This document shows positions 31,118 through 42,944 of a DNA stretch of 64,000 nucleotides, piece after piece. The translations under genes and the position numbers were made by a program. The stretch is taken from positions 61,103 to 125,102 of the forward strand of contig CBEUCH010000010.1 in NCBI GenBank assembly GCA_965541585.1. Reading direction: 5' to 3'. Numbering within the stretch: position 1 is the first letter of the stretch; every line of letters starts with the position of its first letter. The notes under the pieces were generated by a model. It saw only the letters and a list, made by a program, of their open reading frames with translations. It did not search any database and was not told the origin of the DNA. Source of the stretch: an uncultured bacterium (GTDB lineage: Bacteria > Zixibacteria > MSB-5A5 > UBA10806).

Positions 31118-32209
31118 TTACTTTTTTGCCTTTATCATCATCCCGATCCCGATTGCCAGGAATACGAGATCGCCGAGGGATGCCGCAAGAAGCGGCGGCA
31201 GCTTGCCGTTGTTGCCGAGGCTCTGGCCGGTACGGATCAAAACGAAGAATATAAACGATGTTATAATCGATATGCCGAACCCGACAGATGGTCCTGAGCG
31301 CCTGGGGTTGGCCGCCAGCGGCAGGCCTATCAAAGCCAGTATGAAATTGGCGAAAGGAAAGGTTATCTTGAGATAAAGCTCCACCTCGTCCTTTTTCGTC
31401 GGTTCGCCGATCGTCTTTTTCTGATCGATCCTCCTTTTCAAGCTGAAGAAATCTACCTGGCGCGGAGGAACCGGCAGCTCCGCCAGCATCTCCGGTGTCT
31501 GGGTCAAGAAGGGCACCCATCGTGTATCAAATTCGTCATAGCGATCAGACATACCGGTTGTATCATCGTAGAACTCCTGGACGTTTCCATTTATAAGTAT
31601 CCACCCGGAATCAGAGGAGATTATCTTCTCTGCGATATATGTTTTAACAATCTTGTTACCTGTTATCTTGTGGACTTTGACGTCTTTCCCCTCTTCTGTG
31701 CTGATATTGTATGTTTTGCTCAGCAGGATCCAGCCGTCGCTGCCGGGAACCTTGACGTCGCTACGGGTCAATCGCGAAGGCCTCGCTCTCTTTTCTATCA
31801 GGGTCGATTTGATTTCGGCCTTACGCCTTTCGCAGCCGGGAAGGACAAACTCGCCGGATAACATCACACCTATCGATATTACGAAGGCTGCGGTCAGGAT
31901 AGGCGCTGAAATCCTATAGAGGCTCAATCCCGAGGCCTTCATCACGTCGAGTTCGTGGTTTTTTGCGAGCGAGCCCATAGAGAACAAGGTCGACACCAGC
32001 ATGGCGACGGGGAAGGCGAGTATTATGTAAAACGGCATATAGTTGACATAATACCAGCCCATGATATCAAAACCGACATCATATCTCTGGATCATACGCC
32101 AGCCGCGTTCGACGAAATCCACGACGAAGACAATAACGCTGAATGCGATAATAGTCCCTATAAGGCCGCTTGAGAATTTTTTTAAGATATATCTATCGAG
32201 AGTCTTCAT
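31118..32209 (-). CDS. lptG: LPS export permease LptG (YjgP/YjgQ family)
   Basis: KTLDRYILK, ELDVMKASGLSLYRI, three N-terminal plus three C-terminal TMs. Confidence 0.88.
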   Translation of the reverse strand: MKTLDRYILKKFSSGLIGTIIAFSVIVFVVDFVERGWRMIQRYDVGFDIMGWYYVNYMPFYIILAFPVAMLVSTLFSMGSLAKNHELDVMKASGLSLYRISAPILTAAFVISIGVMLSGEFVLPGCERRKAEIKSTLIEKRARPSRLTRSDVKVPGSDGWILLSKTYNISTEEGKDVKVHKITGNKIVKTYIAEKIISSDSGWILINGNVQEFYDDTTGMSDRYDEFDTRWVPFLTQTPEMLAELPVPPRQVDFFSLKRRIDQKKTIGEPTKKDEVELYLKITFPFANFILALIGLPLAANPRRSGPSVGFGISIITSFIFFVLIRTGQSLGNNGKLPPLLAASLGDLVFLAIGIGMMIKAKK

Positions 32210-33570
32210 GTTCGAGGCCGCATGAACTGGCGCCTTGATGGCACAAATATCGATTGGATTCTATCCATAATGGATACCACGGTCGACTGCCTGATATACA
32301 TAATATTCAACATAATTCCAGCTCCCCCGACAACAAAATTCGGGAGCCACATGGCCCAGAAGGCGGGCAGGGTGTTTGAATCGGCAAGTTGTTCCCCTCC
32401 GATTAGAAAAGCCCAGTAGACGATGAAGAAGAAAAGCGATAATGCAATCCCGGTTGCAAATCCGCCTCGTTTTGCAAGCGCGCCAAGCGGGGCGCCGATC
32501 AGTACGAATGATATACAGGCCGCCGGGATCGAAAACTTCTTATGTATCTCGACCTCCATGGAGTTAATTTCACGTCTGTAGTTGTCAGCGCTCTTCTGGA
32601 AAAAAGCGAGTCTGGCCCTTACATTTTTGTTTTTGGCATAGGCCTTCTTGGCGGCTCCTTTTGTGAGTCCGAATTTGATTACCTTATCTTGAAGATAGAT
32701 GTTTAGAATTTCTGAAACTGCGAAATTGGCCAGGCTATCGGACTGGCTGTTCACCTCGGACAGTTTTTGGCGCCTCTCCCGATTGCGCTCCAGCATCATG
32801 GCCACGGTCATCTCACGGTCGCCGCGATTACTCTGCGTTGTCCGCTCCAGACTCGATGAGGCCCCCGGTATCGCTATGGTCTGACGTGCAAAATCTGTCC
32901 TGGTGATACCGGCATGGTCTTTGGGATCAACCTCTAATATTTCACCGTCCTCCAATTCCATCATGAGTGTGGAGCCATCGGCACTAAAATACATCTTGCC
33001 TCGTTTGGCGGTTATGATCCTCTCGCTGTTTTTCGTTTGAATTATTATTATATCGGATATTTCGGACGTTTTTCTGGCAATGGTCTTGACCCTGATACTG
33101 TAGCCCTCGAAATAGTCGAGGAAGATATTTTCCTCCAACGACCAGGTCGGCTTTTTACGCGTGATATCGGTAAGCAGCATTCTAGCCTTATGGTTGGATT
33201 CGGGAAGGACTCTATCGTTAAACCATATCATTACAAAGGTCAATAAGAGCGCGCTTCCCAATACCGGCAGGAGCAGACGGTAGAACGGTATACCGCAGGA
33301 TTTGCAGGCGGTGATTTCGTTGTCGGCCGCCATCCTTCCGAAAACCATTAGTACCGCCACCAGAACCGCCATGGGAACCGACAGAGCAAGCATCCATGCC
33401 AGGTTTAAAGCGAATAGTTCAACGACCAGAGGCGCATTGATACCCCTGTCTATTATGAGATTCATGATATCAACCAGAAAATCCATTATCAGAACCAGTG
33501 TTATTATTGCCAGGCCGAAAAAAAACGGCCCCACCGATTCTCTCACCAGGTATCTGGACAAGGTTCTCAT
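32206..33570 (-). CDS. lptF: LPS export permease LptF (YjgP/YjgQ family)
   Basis: RTLSRYLVRE, PMAVLVAVL..FGRMAADNEITA, EIHKKFSIP. Confidence 0.88.
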   Translation of the reverse strand: MRTLSRYLVRESVGPFFFGLAIITLVLIMDFLVDIMNLIIDRGINAPLVVELFALNLAWMLALSVPMAVLVAVLMVFGRMAADNEITACKSCGIPFYRLLLPVLGSALLLTFVMIWFNDRVLPESNHKARMLLTDITRKKPTWSLEENIFLDYFEGYSIRVKTIARKTSEISDIIIIQTKNSERIITAKRGKMYFSADGSTLMMELEDGEILEVDPKDHAGITRTDFARQTIAIPGASSSLERTTQSNRGDREMTVAMMLERNRERRQKLSEVNSQSDSLANFAVSEILNIYLQDKVIKFGLTKGAAKKAYAKNKNVRARLAFFQKSADNYRREINSMEVEIHKKFSIPAACISFVLIGAPLGALAKRGGFATGIALSLFFFIVYWAFLIGGEQLADSNTLPAFWAMWLPNFVVGGAGIMLNIMYIRQSTVVSIMDRIQSIFVPSRRQFMRPRT

Positions 33571-33656
33571 GATTAGTTGATTATATTGGCGTTAAGCGGC
33601 TTCCACAAGCAAATTCTGCTTGACACAAAAGCCCGATGTTCGGTTATTGAAATCCT

Positions 33657-34602
33657 ATGAAACCTTCATTCATAGCCGAGCTTTCGCCGGGTGACGATGT
33701 CGATGATCTATTTGCCATCCGCAAAGTGGATCTGAGAGAGTATTCCGGTGGCAAAATGATAATCCTCGAGCTGGTCGACCGATCAGGCCGTTTGAGCGGT
33801 GTGATCTGGAATGGATCATCGGAGATAATGAAAAATCTTCGCCCGGGGGAGGTTCACCGAGTAAGAGGCGCGGTTTCAACATATAAAGGCGAAAGCCAGG
33901 TTACTGTTGAAAGGGTCGAGCCTATTACCGATTATGATCCGGAAGATTTTTTACCGCGCGGGCCCTTCACATTTGATGAGCTCAACACGAGGTTAACAGA
34001 TGCAATCAGCAGGATATCCGATAGCAATTACAGGGAGCTTCTGAAAAGTATACTCTCGGAGGAGAAGTTTCGCCGGGAATTTCTTCAGGGAGTAGGCGGC
34101 AAGCTCTGGCATCATAATTATGTCGGAGGGCTGGCGGAACATTCATTGTCAGTCTTCGATCTTTGCTCGAATTTTGCATCGCAATACAAAGAACTCGATA
34201 AAGATATTCTTCTCACGGGCGCGCTTCTGCACGATATCGGCAAGGTGGAAAGCTATTCGTTAAACAGCGCCATCGATTATACGGATTCGGGAAGGCTTCT
34301 CGGGCACATCGTGATCGGCGACCAGATGGTTAAGGATGCTATTGCGGGCATACCGGATTTTCCCCGCGAGAAGACTATGAAGATCCGGCATTTAATTTTG
34401 TCTCACCAGGGCTCACCCGAACAGGCGTCGCCGGTTCCACCCATGATTCCGGAGGGGATGGCTCTTTATTTAGCAGATCTCCTGGATTCCAAGCTGGCAG
34501 CATTGCGTCGAATAAAAGATAAAGAACATCGATCGGGGGTTAAATGGTCAAACTACGTCAAGTTGTTGGACAGGTTTATTTATTTTGGCGACGGTGAAGA
34601 GG

Positions 34603-34610
<8 letters not shown>
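33657..34610 (+). CDS. YhaM-like OB-fold/HD-domain 3'-5' exoribonuclease
   Basis: N-terminal OB (LVDRSG..GVIW), HHNYVGGLAEHS, LLHDIGK, GRLLGHI. Confidence 0.9.
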
Positions 34611-36320
<1,710 letters not shown>

Positions 36321-36772
36321 GTGGAAGTCAATTACGTTCATCATAATATACACATATAGTAGTTTTATTGTCAAGCGCACGCAGCCTAATATATAACATG
36401 GAGTTATGCTGCGTTTTGGATTTGTACTTGACAATGAATACTTGATACTATTATAATATAATTGCGAAGCGTTTTGACAATATTATAGTTTCTAGGCTCG
36501 GTTAGGTTTAGATTTTACCGGTGTCTTGCCCGCCGTATTTTTCCTAAAGACGGCGATTAATGTATGAATTAGAAGCCGCTTGGTATTTCAATTTACAGAG
36601 ACCCGGTCAAAAGGTCTAACGGAAAGGAGGTGGAATATAGAATAGAGAATCAGGGAATTCCGGCACGAACATATATTAGAATTAAAAGGAGGGAAGTGGA
36701 TAGAAAAATATCGTAGTGATACAGTGAGAAATCTACCTTTAATATTAATATGAAATTAAGGAGGGAAATACC

Positions 36773-39700
36773 ATGAAACTAAGAACTTCATATTTCTGCG
36801 TAGCTTTTTGTATTCTGCTGGCAACGACGTCAATGGCGACATGGTTTCAACCTACGGGGCATGCTCCAGGAGACCCAAATGATCATACGTTTAGTTGCGC
36901 CTGGGGCGATTATGACAATGACGGCGACATGGACGTCTTTGTCGGAAATTCCTCTGGTGGCAACGGCAGTTTCCTGTACCAGAATACAGGTGGCAACTTT
37001 ACTGATAAGGCGGCTGAAGCCGGTGTGCAGTTCATGGATGGTACTGTTGGAGCAAGCTGCTGGGGAGATTATGACAACGACGGTTATCTCGACCTATTTG
37101 TAGGCGGGGGAGAGTATGGTACGGGGTATAAAGATACGCTCTATCATAATCTCGGACCGGATCCTGTTGACGGCAAGTTTAGGTTTGTAGGTATAGAGAT
37201 TGATGGAACGGAACGTTACACTAAGAGCGCTATGTGGGGTGATTTCAACAACGACGGCTGGCTGGATCTGTATGTGGTCAATTGGAATGCCACCTGTAAG
37301 ATGTATAAGAATAATCAAGGTACACTATCCTCATTTGGATGCCCGCCGGCGATTCCAATACAAGGAGCTTATGGAGGGATTGCGGGGGATATTGACAACG
37401 ACGGTGATCTCGATATTTTCGTGACATGTGTAATGCCACCCGGTGTTAATACCACGAACAAGCTATTTCGTAACTACGGAGAAAGCTACGGGTTATGGGA
37501 CTTTAGAGAAGAGGCACTTCACTCAGGTTTACAGCTGCTTTATTCAGATTGCTCTGATGCAGCATTTTGTGATTTTGATTTCGACGGTGATCTGGATGTC
37601 TTCATCGCCCGTATAAACGGCGATGGAGGTCTCTTATACGAGAATAACGGCATCGATAACGGATACGTTATTTTTGAGGACTCAACCGGGGTCAATGGCG
37701 ATATAGGGGATCACAGCAATATTTCGGGCGCCGGCTGGGGAGATTTCGACCTCGATGGTGATCAGGATCTATACGCTGCCCGCTACCCTGCGAATCCATT
37801 TTACGTAAATAGATATCGCGAGGGTCTCCATGATTTCCTGGAGGCCGGCGCGGATGCCGGTGTAAATGACGGTTACGATGGCAAATGCACTGAATGGGCG
37901 GATTATGATGCCGATGGAAAGCCGGATATTTACCTTGGTAATGACGACTATTGGGCCCCCTATATCTATAATGTACTCTACAGAAATCAATTCACAGGCG
38001 CGCCATCCAACAGATATCTCCATGTCAGGCTGATCGGCGCGGAGTCGAACCGCTCCGGGGTAGGGGCTCATGTGGTATTGAGCTATTTAGACGATCAAGA
38101 CAATCGCACCCATCAGATGCTGGAAGTATCCGGAGGCGGTTCCGGCGCCGGCTCGCACGGATCATTGCCTCTGGAATTCGGTGTCGGCGAGGCGATGTCC
38201 GTTGATTCGGTCATGGTCTACTGGCCGTCGGGCGATACCAGCTTTTTCGAGGACGTCTCGTCGAATCAGCGGATTACCATTGTCGAACACGGCCTTTTCG
38301 ATGAAAACGATATGACCTGGAATCATAGCGAGTATGGGCATTATTATGTTTCCGGGGACGTAACGATAGAGGATATAGAACTTGAGGTTACGGAAGGTAC
38401 CCACGTTTATTTCCATAAGACCTGGCGGTATAACGTCAGACCAAAGTTGAAGGTTTATGCAGACGCTTCGCTGACCGTGACGGGGACCGTATCCTATCCC
38501 GTACTGTTTACGTCGCAATATGACACGCCCGCATCTGGCGACTGGGAAGGTCTATATACGAAGTTTTCTGCCAATGCCATAACTATGGATTTCGCCCGGG
38601 TAAGTTACGCCAACTACGGGCTTTACGGAGTGGATTATTCAACTCAAAGCGTAGGCTCACTTGACATAAACAAATGCCGTTTTACCAATCTCGAGGAGGC
38701 GGGAATAGACCTGGGATATCCATCATTAACTTCCGCCACCAGGATAGAGAATTCTTATTTCTACGACTGCGGAAGCTACGGTATCAGGATTAGAAAAGAT
38801 ATTTACGACAACGCCCTCGACGTGATCATTGACGCCGATACCGTACTCAATTGTGATAACGGAATCTATTACGATGGTAACAGCAATATCGGCTATACCA
38901 AGATCCCCGAGATCACGGATTGTGTTATTGAAGATACACGGACTGGCTCCAGTGGAGTTGGCATTTTTGCCTCTTCCGTATCGACGGGAAATCCGTTGGT
39001 TTCACCGCGGATTGAAGGTAATACGGTTAAGAAATTTAAGAGAGGCGTCTGGCTTGAAGATGTAAACTCAAATTGTGATGTTATCGCCAATAAGCTGACA
39101 GGCAATACGGAATATGGAATCGACCTGCTGAACGCATCACCAACGATAGATGCTTCTGGTTCAGGCGTTCCCAACGTGATCATAGGCGGCAAAACCGGCA
39201 TGAATTGCAGCTCGAGTTCCCCCTATGTAAGGTCGACAAAAATTCGAGAATGTACCAGCCGAGGCGTATATGCTAACTCTTCATCGCACCCGAATTTTGG
39301 AGATGCCTTGTCCTGGGGCGGCAATTCTATATATGTTACTGCAGGCCTTTCATTGCGTTACGCAGATATGGAATACACGGGGCTACTTACGTTGAGAGCG
39401 GTGGGCAATTGGTGGGGTGAAGATCCCCCTATTCCCTGGCAGATCATAGGTAATATCGATTACTCCGATTATTTGGATGAGGATCCATTACCGGGCTGGA
39501 AGAGAGAGCCATCGCTGTCAAACCTGCCGGACGAATTCAGTCTCCATCAAAACTATCCGAACCCGTTTAACCCCTCCACAGAAATATCGTTTGACCTTCC
39601 TGAGACCGGGCATGTCAGCCTGGCTGTTTACAACCTGAGGGGACGGCTCATAAAGACGCTGGTATCCGGGAATCTGGAAGGGGGCGTACATTCGGTGATC

Positions 39701-39808
39701 TGGGACGGCAAAAATTCCCGATTTGAAGATGTTGCAACCGGTATCTATTTCTATGTTCTCAAATCGGATAATGGCCGGGATTCAAAGACGATGACTCTGC
39801 TTCGCTAA
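36773..39808 (+). CDS. Secreted FG-GAP repeat / ASPIC-UnbV / beta-helix protein with FlgD/T9SS-type C-terminal domain
   Basis: Signal peptide; about seven (W)GDxDNDGxLD blades; NRSGVGA...LEFGVG; GI-rich beta-helix region; QNYPNPFNPST...ATGIYFY...KTMTLLR. Confidence 0.87.
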   Translation: MKLRTSYFCVAFCILLATTSMATWFQPTGHAPGDPNDHTFSCAWGDYDNDGDMDVFVGNSSGGNGSFLYQNTGGNFTDKAAEAGVQFMDGTVGASCWGDYDNDGYLDLFVGGGEYGTGYKDTLYHNLGPDPVDGKFRFVGIEIDGTERYTKSAMWGDFNNDGWLDLYVVNWNATCKMYKNNQGTLSSFGCPPAIPIQGAYGGIAGDIDNDGDLDIFVTCVMPPGVNTTNKLFRNYGESYGLWDFREEALHSGLQLLYSDCSDAAFCDFDFDGDLDVFIARINGDGGLLYENNGIDNGYVIFEDSTGVNGDIGDHSNISGAGWGDFDLDGDQDLYAARYPANPFYVNRYREGLHDFLEAGADAGVNDGYDGKCTEWADYDADGKPDIYLGNDDYWAPYIYNVLYRNQFTGAPSNRYLHVRLIGAESNRSGVGAHVVLSYLDDQDNRTHQMLEVSGGGSGAGSHGSLPLEFGVGEAMSVDSVMVYWPSGDTSFFEDVSSNQRITIVEHGLFDENDMTWNHSEYGHYYVSGDVTIEDIELEVTEGTHVYFHKTWRYNVRPKLKVYADASLTVTGTVSYPVLFTSQYDTPASGDWEGLYTKFSANAITMDFARVSYANYGLYGVDYSTQSVGSLDINKCRFTNLEEAGIDLGYPSLTSATRIENSYFYDCGSYGIRIRKDIYDNALDVIIDADTVLNCDNGIYYDGNSNIGYTKIPEITDCVIEDTRTGSSGVGIFASSVSTGNPLVSPRIEGNTVKKFKRGVWLEDVNSNCDVIANKLTGNTEYGIDLLNASPTIDASGSGVPNVIIGGKTGMNCSSSSPYVRSTKIRECTSRGVYANSSSHPNFGDALSWGGNSIYVTAGLSLRYADMEYTGLLTLRAVGNWWGEDPPIPWQIIGNIDYSDYLDEDPLPGWKREPSLSNLPDEFSLHQNYPNPFNPSTEISFDLPETGHVSLAVYNLRGRLIKTLVSGNLEGGVHSVIWDGKNSRFEDVATGIYFYVLKSDNGRDSKTMTLLR

Positions 39809-39821
39809 GATCAAAATGTCC

Positions 39822-39855
39822 TGGTATCTCGGGAATCTCATTTCCCGAGATACCA
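39822..39855. terminator. Perfect 14-bp hairpin downstream of the FG-GAP gene
   Basis: TGGTATCTCGGGAA / TTCCCGAGATACCA. Confidence 0.6.
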
Positions 39856-39906
39856 ATATTAATCTGCATAGAAGAACGGACAGATCTCATAATTGTCCGT
39901 GCAATA

Positions 39907-39938
39907 CCTCAGGATGGAAGCGCGCCGCCATCCTGAGG
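39907..39938. repeat. REP-like palindrome, related to 13394-13425
   Basis: CCTCAGGATGG-AAGCGCGCCG-CCATCCTGAGG, perfect 11-bp stem. Confidence 0.6.
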
Positions 39939-40060
39939 GCGGCTAAGGACTAATAGGCAAGACCACAGGGATCTTGACCCACCGTCCCATTTTCATTATC
40001 TTGCCAGCTTGAATTTATATGGATCGGATGTAAGGCGATTGATTTGATAAAGAGGAAATT

Positions 40061-41188
40061 ATGGCGCATGCATATACTCCCGGCCTGAAGGTCACCGAAC
40101 GGATGAAAATCATAAAGAAGCGGATCCTGCCCCTGAAGGGCGAGGTGATGGTCAAGAAAGGTGATAAGGTTACATCCGATACGGTTGTGGCGCGCACGGA
40201 GCTTCCCGGGCCGGTGGAGCCGATCAATGTGGCCAATATCCTTGGCGTTCCCCCGCAGGACGTTCCCGATACCATGCTCAAGAAAGTCGGCGAGCATGTG
40301 GATGAGGGTAAGGAGGTCGCCAAATCGAAATCGTTTTTCGGGCTATTCACATCGACCGCCAAAGCCAGGATCAGCGGTACAGTGGAGAATATATCGTCGG
40401 TGACGGGACAGGTGCTTTTGAGAGGCGCGCCGGTGCCGATTGAGGTCAGGGCCTATCTCAACGGCGTGGTAACCGACGTTTTCAAAAACGAGGGAGTGGA
40501 AGTCTCCACCTGGGGCGGGTTCGTGCAGGGGATTTTCGGGATCGGGCCGGAAACACACGGCCCTATCAAAATCGTCTCGCAGTCTAATAAAGATGTTCTT
40601 ACAGATAAGGAAATCGATTCGTCCTGCAAAGGATACATCATTATCGGCGGTTCGCTGGTGACGGCGGCCGGTTTGCGCAGGGCTATCGAGGTTGGCGCGG
40701 TCGGTATCGTGGTTGGCGGTTTCGATGACCAGGATCTGCGCGATTTTCTGGGCTATGATCTGGGCGTGGCCATCACCGGTAGCGAGGATAAGGGTATTAC
40801 GCTGGTTGTCACCGAGGGTTTCGGCGAGATCATGATGGCCGGCAAGACGTTCGAGTTATTGAAAGACCATGAGGGGCAGGAGGCCTGTATCAACGGCGCC
40901 ACCCAGATCAGGGCGGGAGTCATCCGTCCCGAGGTGGTCATACCGAAGCTGGAGGATATATCCGAGATTGAGGCTTTGGCCGAGGTGGAGAATCCCGGCC
41001 TGGAGATCGGCTCGCCGGTCAGGGTCATAAGGCAGCCGTATTTCGGCAAACTGGGTAAGGTTACCGAACTGCCGCCGGAGCTTCAGAAGCTCGAGTCGGA
41101 ATCGAAGGCGCGGGTTCTGGAGGTGGAGTTCGCCGACGGCGAGAAGGCGGTTATCCCACGCGCCAATGTGGAAATGATAGAAAAGTAG
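40061..41188 (+). CDS. Conserved hypothetical cytoplasmic protein (barrel-sandwich-hybrid-like repeats, C-terminal KOW-like segment)
   Basis: SD GAGGA; host-like codon usage; VKKGDKV and KKVGEHV hairpins; GSPVRVIRQPYFGKLGKV. Confidence 0.8.
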   Translation: MAHAYTPGLKVTERMKIIKKRILPLKGEVMVKKGDKVTSDTVVARTELPGPVEPINVANILGVPPQDVPDTMLKKVGEHVDEGKEVAKSKSFFGLFTSTAKARISGTVENISSVTGQVLLRGAPVPIEVRAYLNGVVTDVFKNEGVEVSTWGGFVQGIFGIGPETHGPIKIVSQSNKDVLTDKEIDSSCKGYIIIGGSLVTAAGLRRAIEVGAVGIVVGGFDDQDLRDFLGYDLGVAITGSEDKGITLVVTEGFGEIMMAGKTFELLKDHEGQEACINGATQIRAGVIRPEVVIPKLEDISEIEALAEVENPGLEIGSPVRVIRQPYFGKLGKVTELPPELQKLESESKARVLEVEFADGEKAVIPRANVEMIEK

Positions 41189-41265
41189 TTAATCTCATTA
41201 TTCTGGGAAATTCAGCCGGGGTCTTATGGGCTCCGGCTTTACTATACCAGCAAGTATAGTTTCAT

Positions 41266-41976
41266 TCATCGGCTTTGATCAGTCCTCTGGAATACAGCGA
41301 TCATATTCCCTTTCATGGATTCCAGGCCGAATGCCTTGATAATCCTGTATAAGCCAAGAGAAACCACGTAAAGAAACCGGGATTGACAGAGGATGTCCTC
41401 AACTAATATCAGCTTTTTTAAAACCAGCGGACCATAGCTCTGTTTTATCGACGATGGTTTGTTGATTTTATATCGTGTCCTGAATGTCCCGGATGGATCG
41501 TCCCTGAAAAGCTGCCTGAATAACCTCTTCTTGAGCCGGAAGGGGATCAATCTTGACAGGAAAACGAAAGGATTCCTGGTATTGGTGGTTTGCAGGACGA
41601 ATATACCTCCATGTTTCAGTACTCGCCCTATTTCATCGAGGATTTTCTCCGGTGATTCGAGATGTTCGAATGTGTAGCGGCTGGTTATGAAATCGAAGGA
41701 TTTGCTTTTGAACGGAAGGATATCGGCGGATGCGATACAATAGGCGCTTTCTTTTGAGTCCGTGGAGATCTCTTCCGGCTTTTCGATATCGAGGCCGACA
41801 GCGAAATCCGCGCCCGGCTGCTCCTTTATGAGCAGATTCGGCCCGGCGCCGATATCCAGCCAGCAGGGCCTGCGTGCCACATTTTCCAGTATCAGATCGG
41901 TTAGGATTTCCCAGCTGAAACGGTAGCCGGGATACCGTTTTTTAGTCAGCCTAAGATATTTTTCGAAGCTGCCCAT
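41266..41976 (-). CDS. Class I SAM-dependent methyltransferase
   Basis: WLDIGAG, VGLD, LPFKSKSFDFI, EH, RVLKHGG. Confidence 0.9.
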   Translation of the reverse strand: MGSFEKYLRLTKKRYPGYRFSWEILTDLILENVARRPCWLDIGAGPNLLIKEQPGADFAVGLDIEKPEEISTDSKESAYCIASADILPFKSKSFDFITSRYTFEHLESPEKILDEIGRVLKHGGIFVLQTTNTRNPFVFLSRLIPFRLKKRLFRQLFRDDPSGTFRTRYKINKPSSIKQSYGPLVLKKLILVEDILCQSRFLYVVSLGLYRIIKAFGLESMKGNMIAVFQRTDQSR

Positions 41977-41999
41977 AAGGAAACCTAAAGTATACTGTT

Positions 42000-42944
42000 T
42001 TAAGAGTAGCCCTGGGGCTCGTATGCATAAGCATCCTTGATATCGCCTTTTTCTCTTAAGTGCCTCATCACATACTGACCGCAGTTGCTTCCGATCCTGT
42101 TTTCTTCAACCTCTCCGATGCTCACGATAACGTCGTATCCGCAAGAGCGGAGTTGCCCTGCAACCTCATGATCATCGCCCTGCACGTGAGGGTTGATATA
42201 TGAGGAAAGCCCGTTTCGGGCAGCTCCATAGGTAGGATTGAGCGGCGTAATCTTGATTAAAAATATATCGGGATCGAAATGTTTTCGTAGTATATGAGGA
42301 TCAATAACCGATTCTTTTTCGAGGGCGAAATTAAGGGTGATCTTTCTGTCTCCCTCCTGAAAATATCGATTTCCGAACTCCGCGATTCTGGCAAAATCCC
42401 ATTTTCGCACCGGGATCAACTTAGCTCTCAATTTTTCATCGGTGGAGTGAATGGAAAACTGGAGTTGAAATCGGCCTCTGTATAATTTCTGTTTGATCTC
42501 GATGAGCCTGCCGAAGAATTCATCTGTGCCCTGTGGAGCCACGGTGGAAATACAGGGCAGCAATCCGGGAGCGTCATAACGATACGGAAGCTCCTCCAGT
42601 GCCGACAACACGTTCATATTTAATGCCGGTTCTCCCATCCGGGCAAACTGGATCTTGAATTTCTTCACTGCAATGGTCTCATTCCCGAATCTTTTGGTGA
42701 CCAGAAAATCTATCTGATCGATGATCTCCTGCTTCGTCAGTTTCCCCTCGTAGAAGCTCCCCGCGTCGCAGATGGGACATCCTATAGGACAACCGAAAAG
42801 AGTGGAGACGATTATGACCCATTTCTCATCTCTGGGCAACGGCGGCTGCAGCGATTCGGTAAACTCCACAACCTTACCATCTTCCATCTCGGCCAGATAC
42901 ACCATGGCGATATCTTCCCTGCCCGCGAAAGAGAGAACCTTCAT
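42000..42944 (-). CDS. RlmN/Cfr-like radical SAM protein
   Basis: GCPIGCPIC (CxxxCxxC), MGEP, SIH, C-terminal NCGQ. Confidence 0.88.
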   Translation of the reverse strand: MKVLSFAGREDIAMVYLAEMEDGKVVEFTESLQPPLPRDEKWVIIVSTLFGCPIGCPICDAGSFYEGKLTKQEIIDQIDFLVTKRFGNETIAVKKFKIQFARMGEPALNMNVLSALEELPYRYDAPGLLPCISTVAPQGTDEFFGRLIEIKQKLYRGRFQLQFSIHSTDEKLRAKLIPVRKWDFARIAEFGNRYFQEGDRKITLNFALEKESVIDPHILRKHFDPDIFLIKITPLNPTYGAARNGLSSYINPHVQGDDHEVAGQLRSCGYDVIVSIGEVEENRIGSNCGQYVMRHLREKGDIKDAYAYEPQGYS

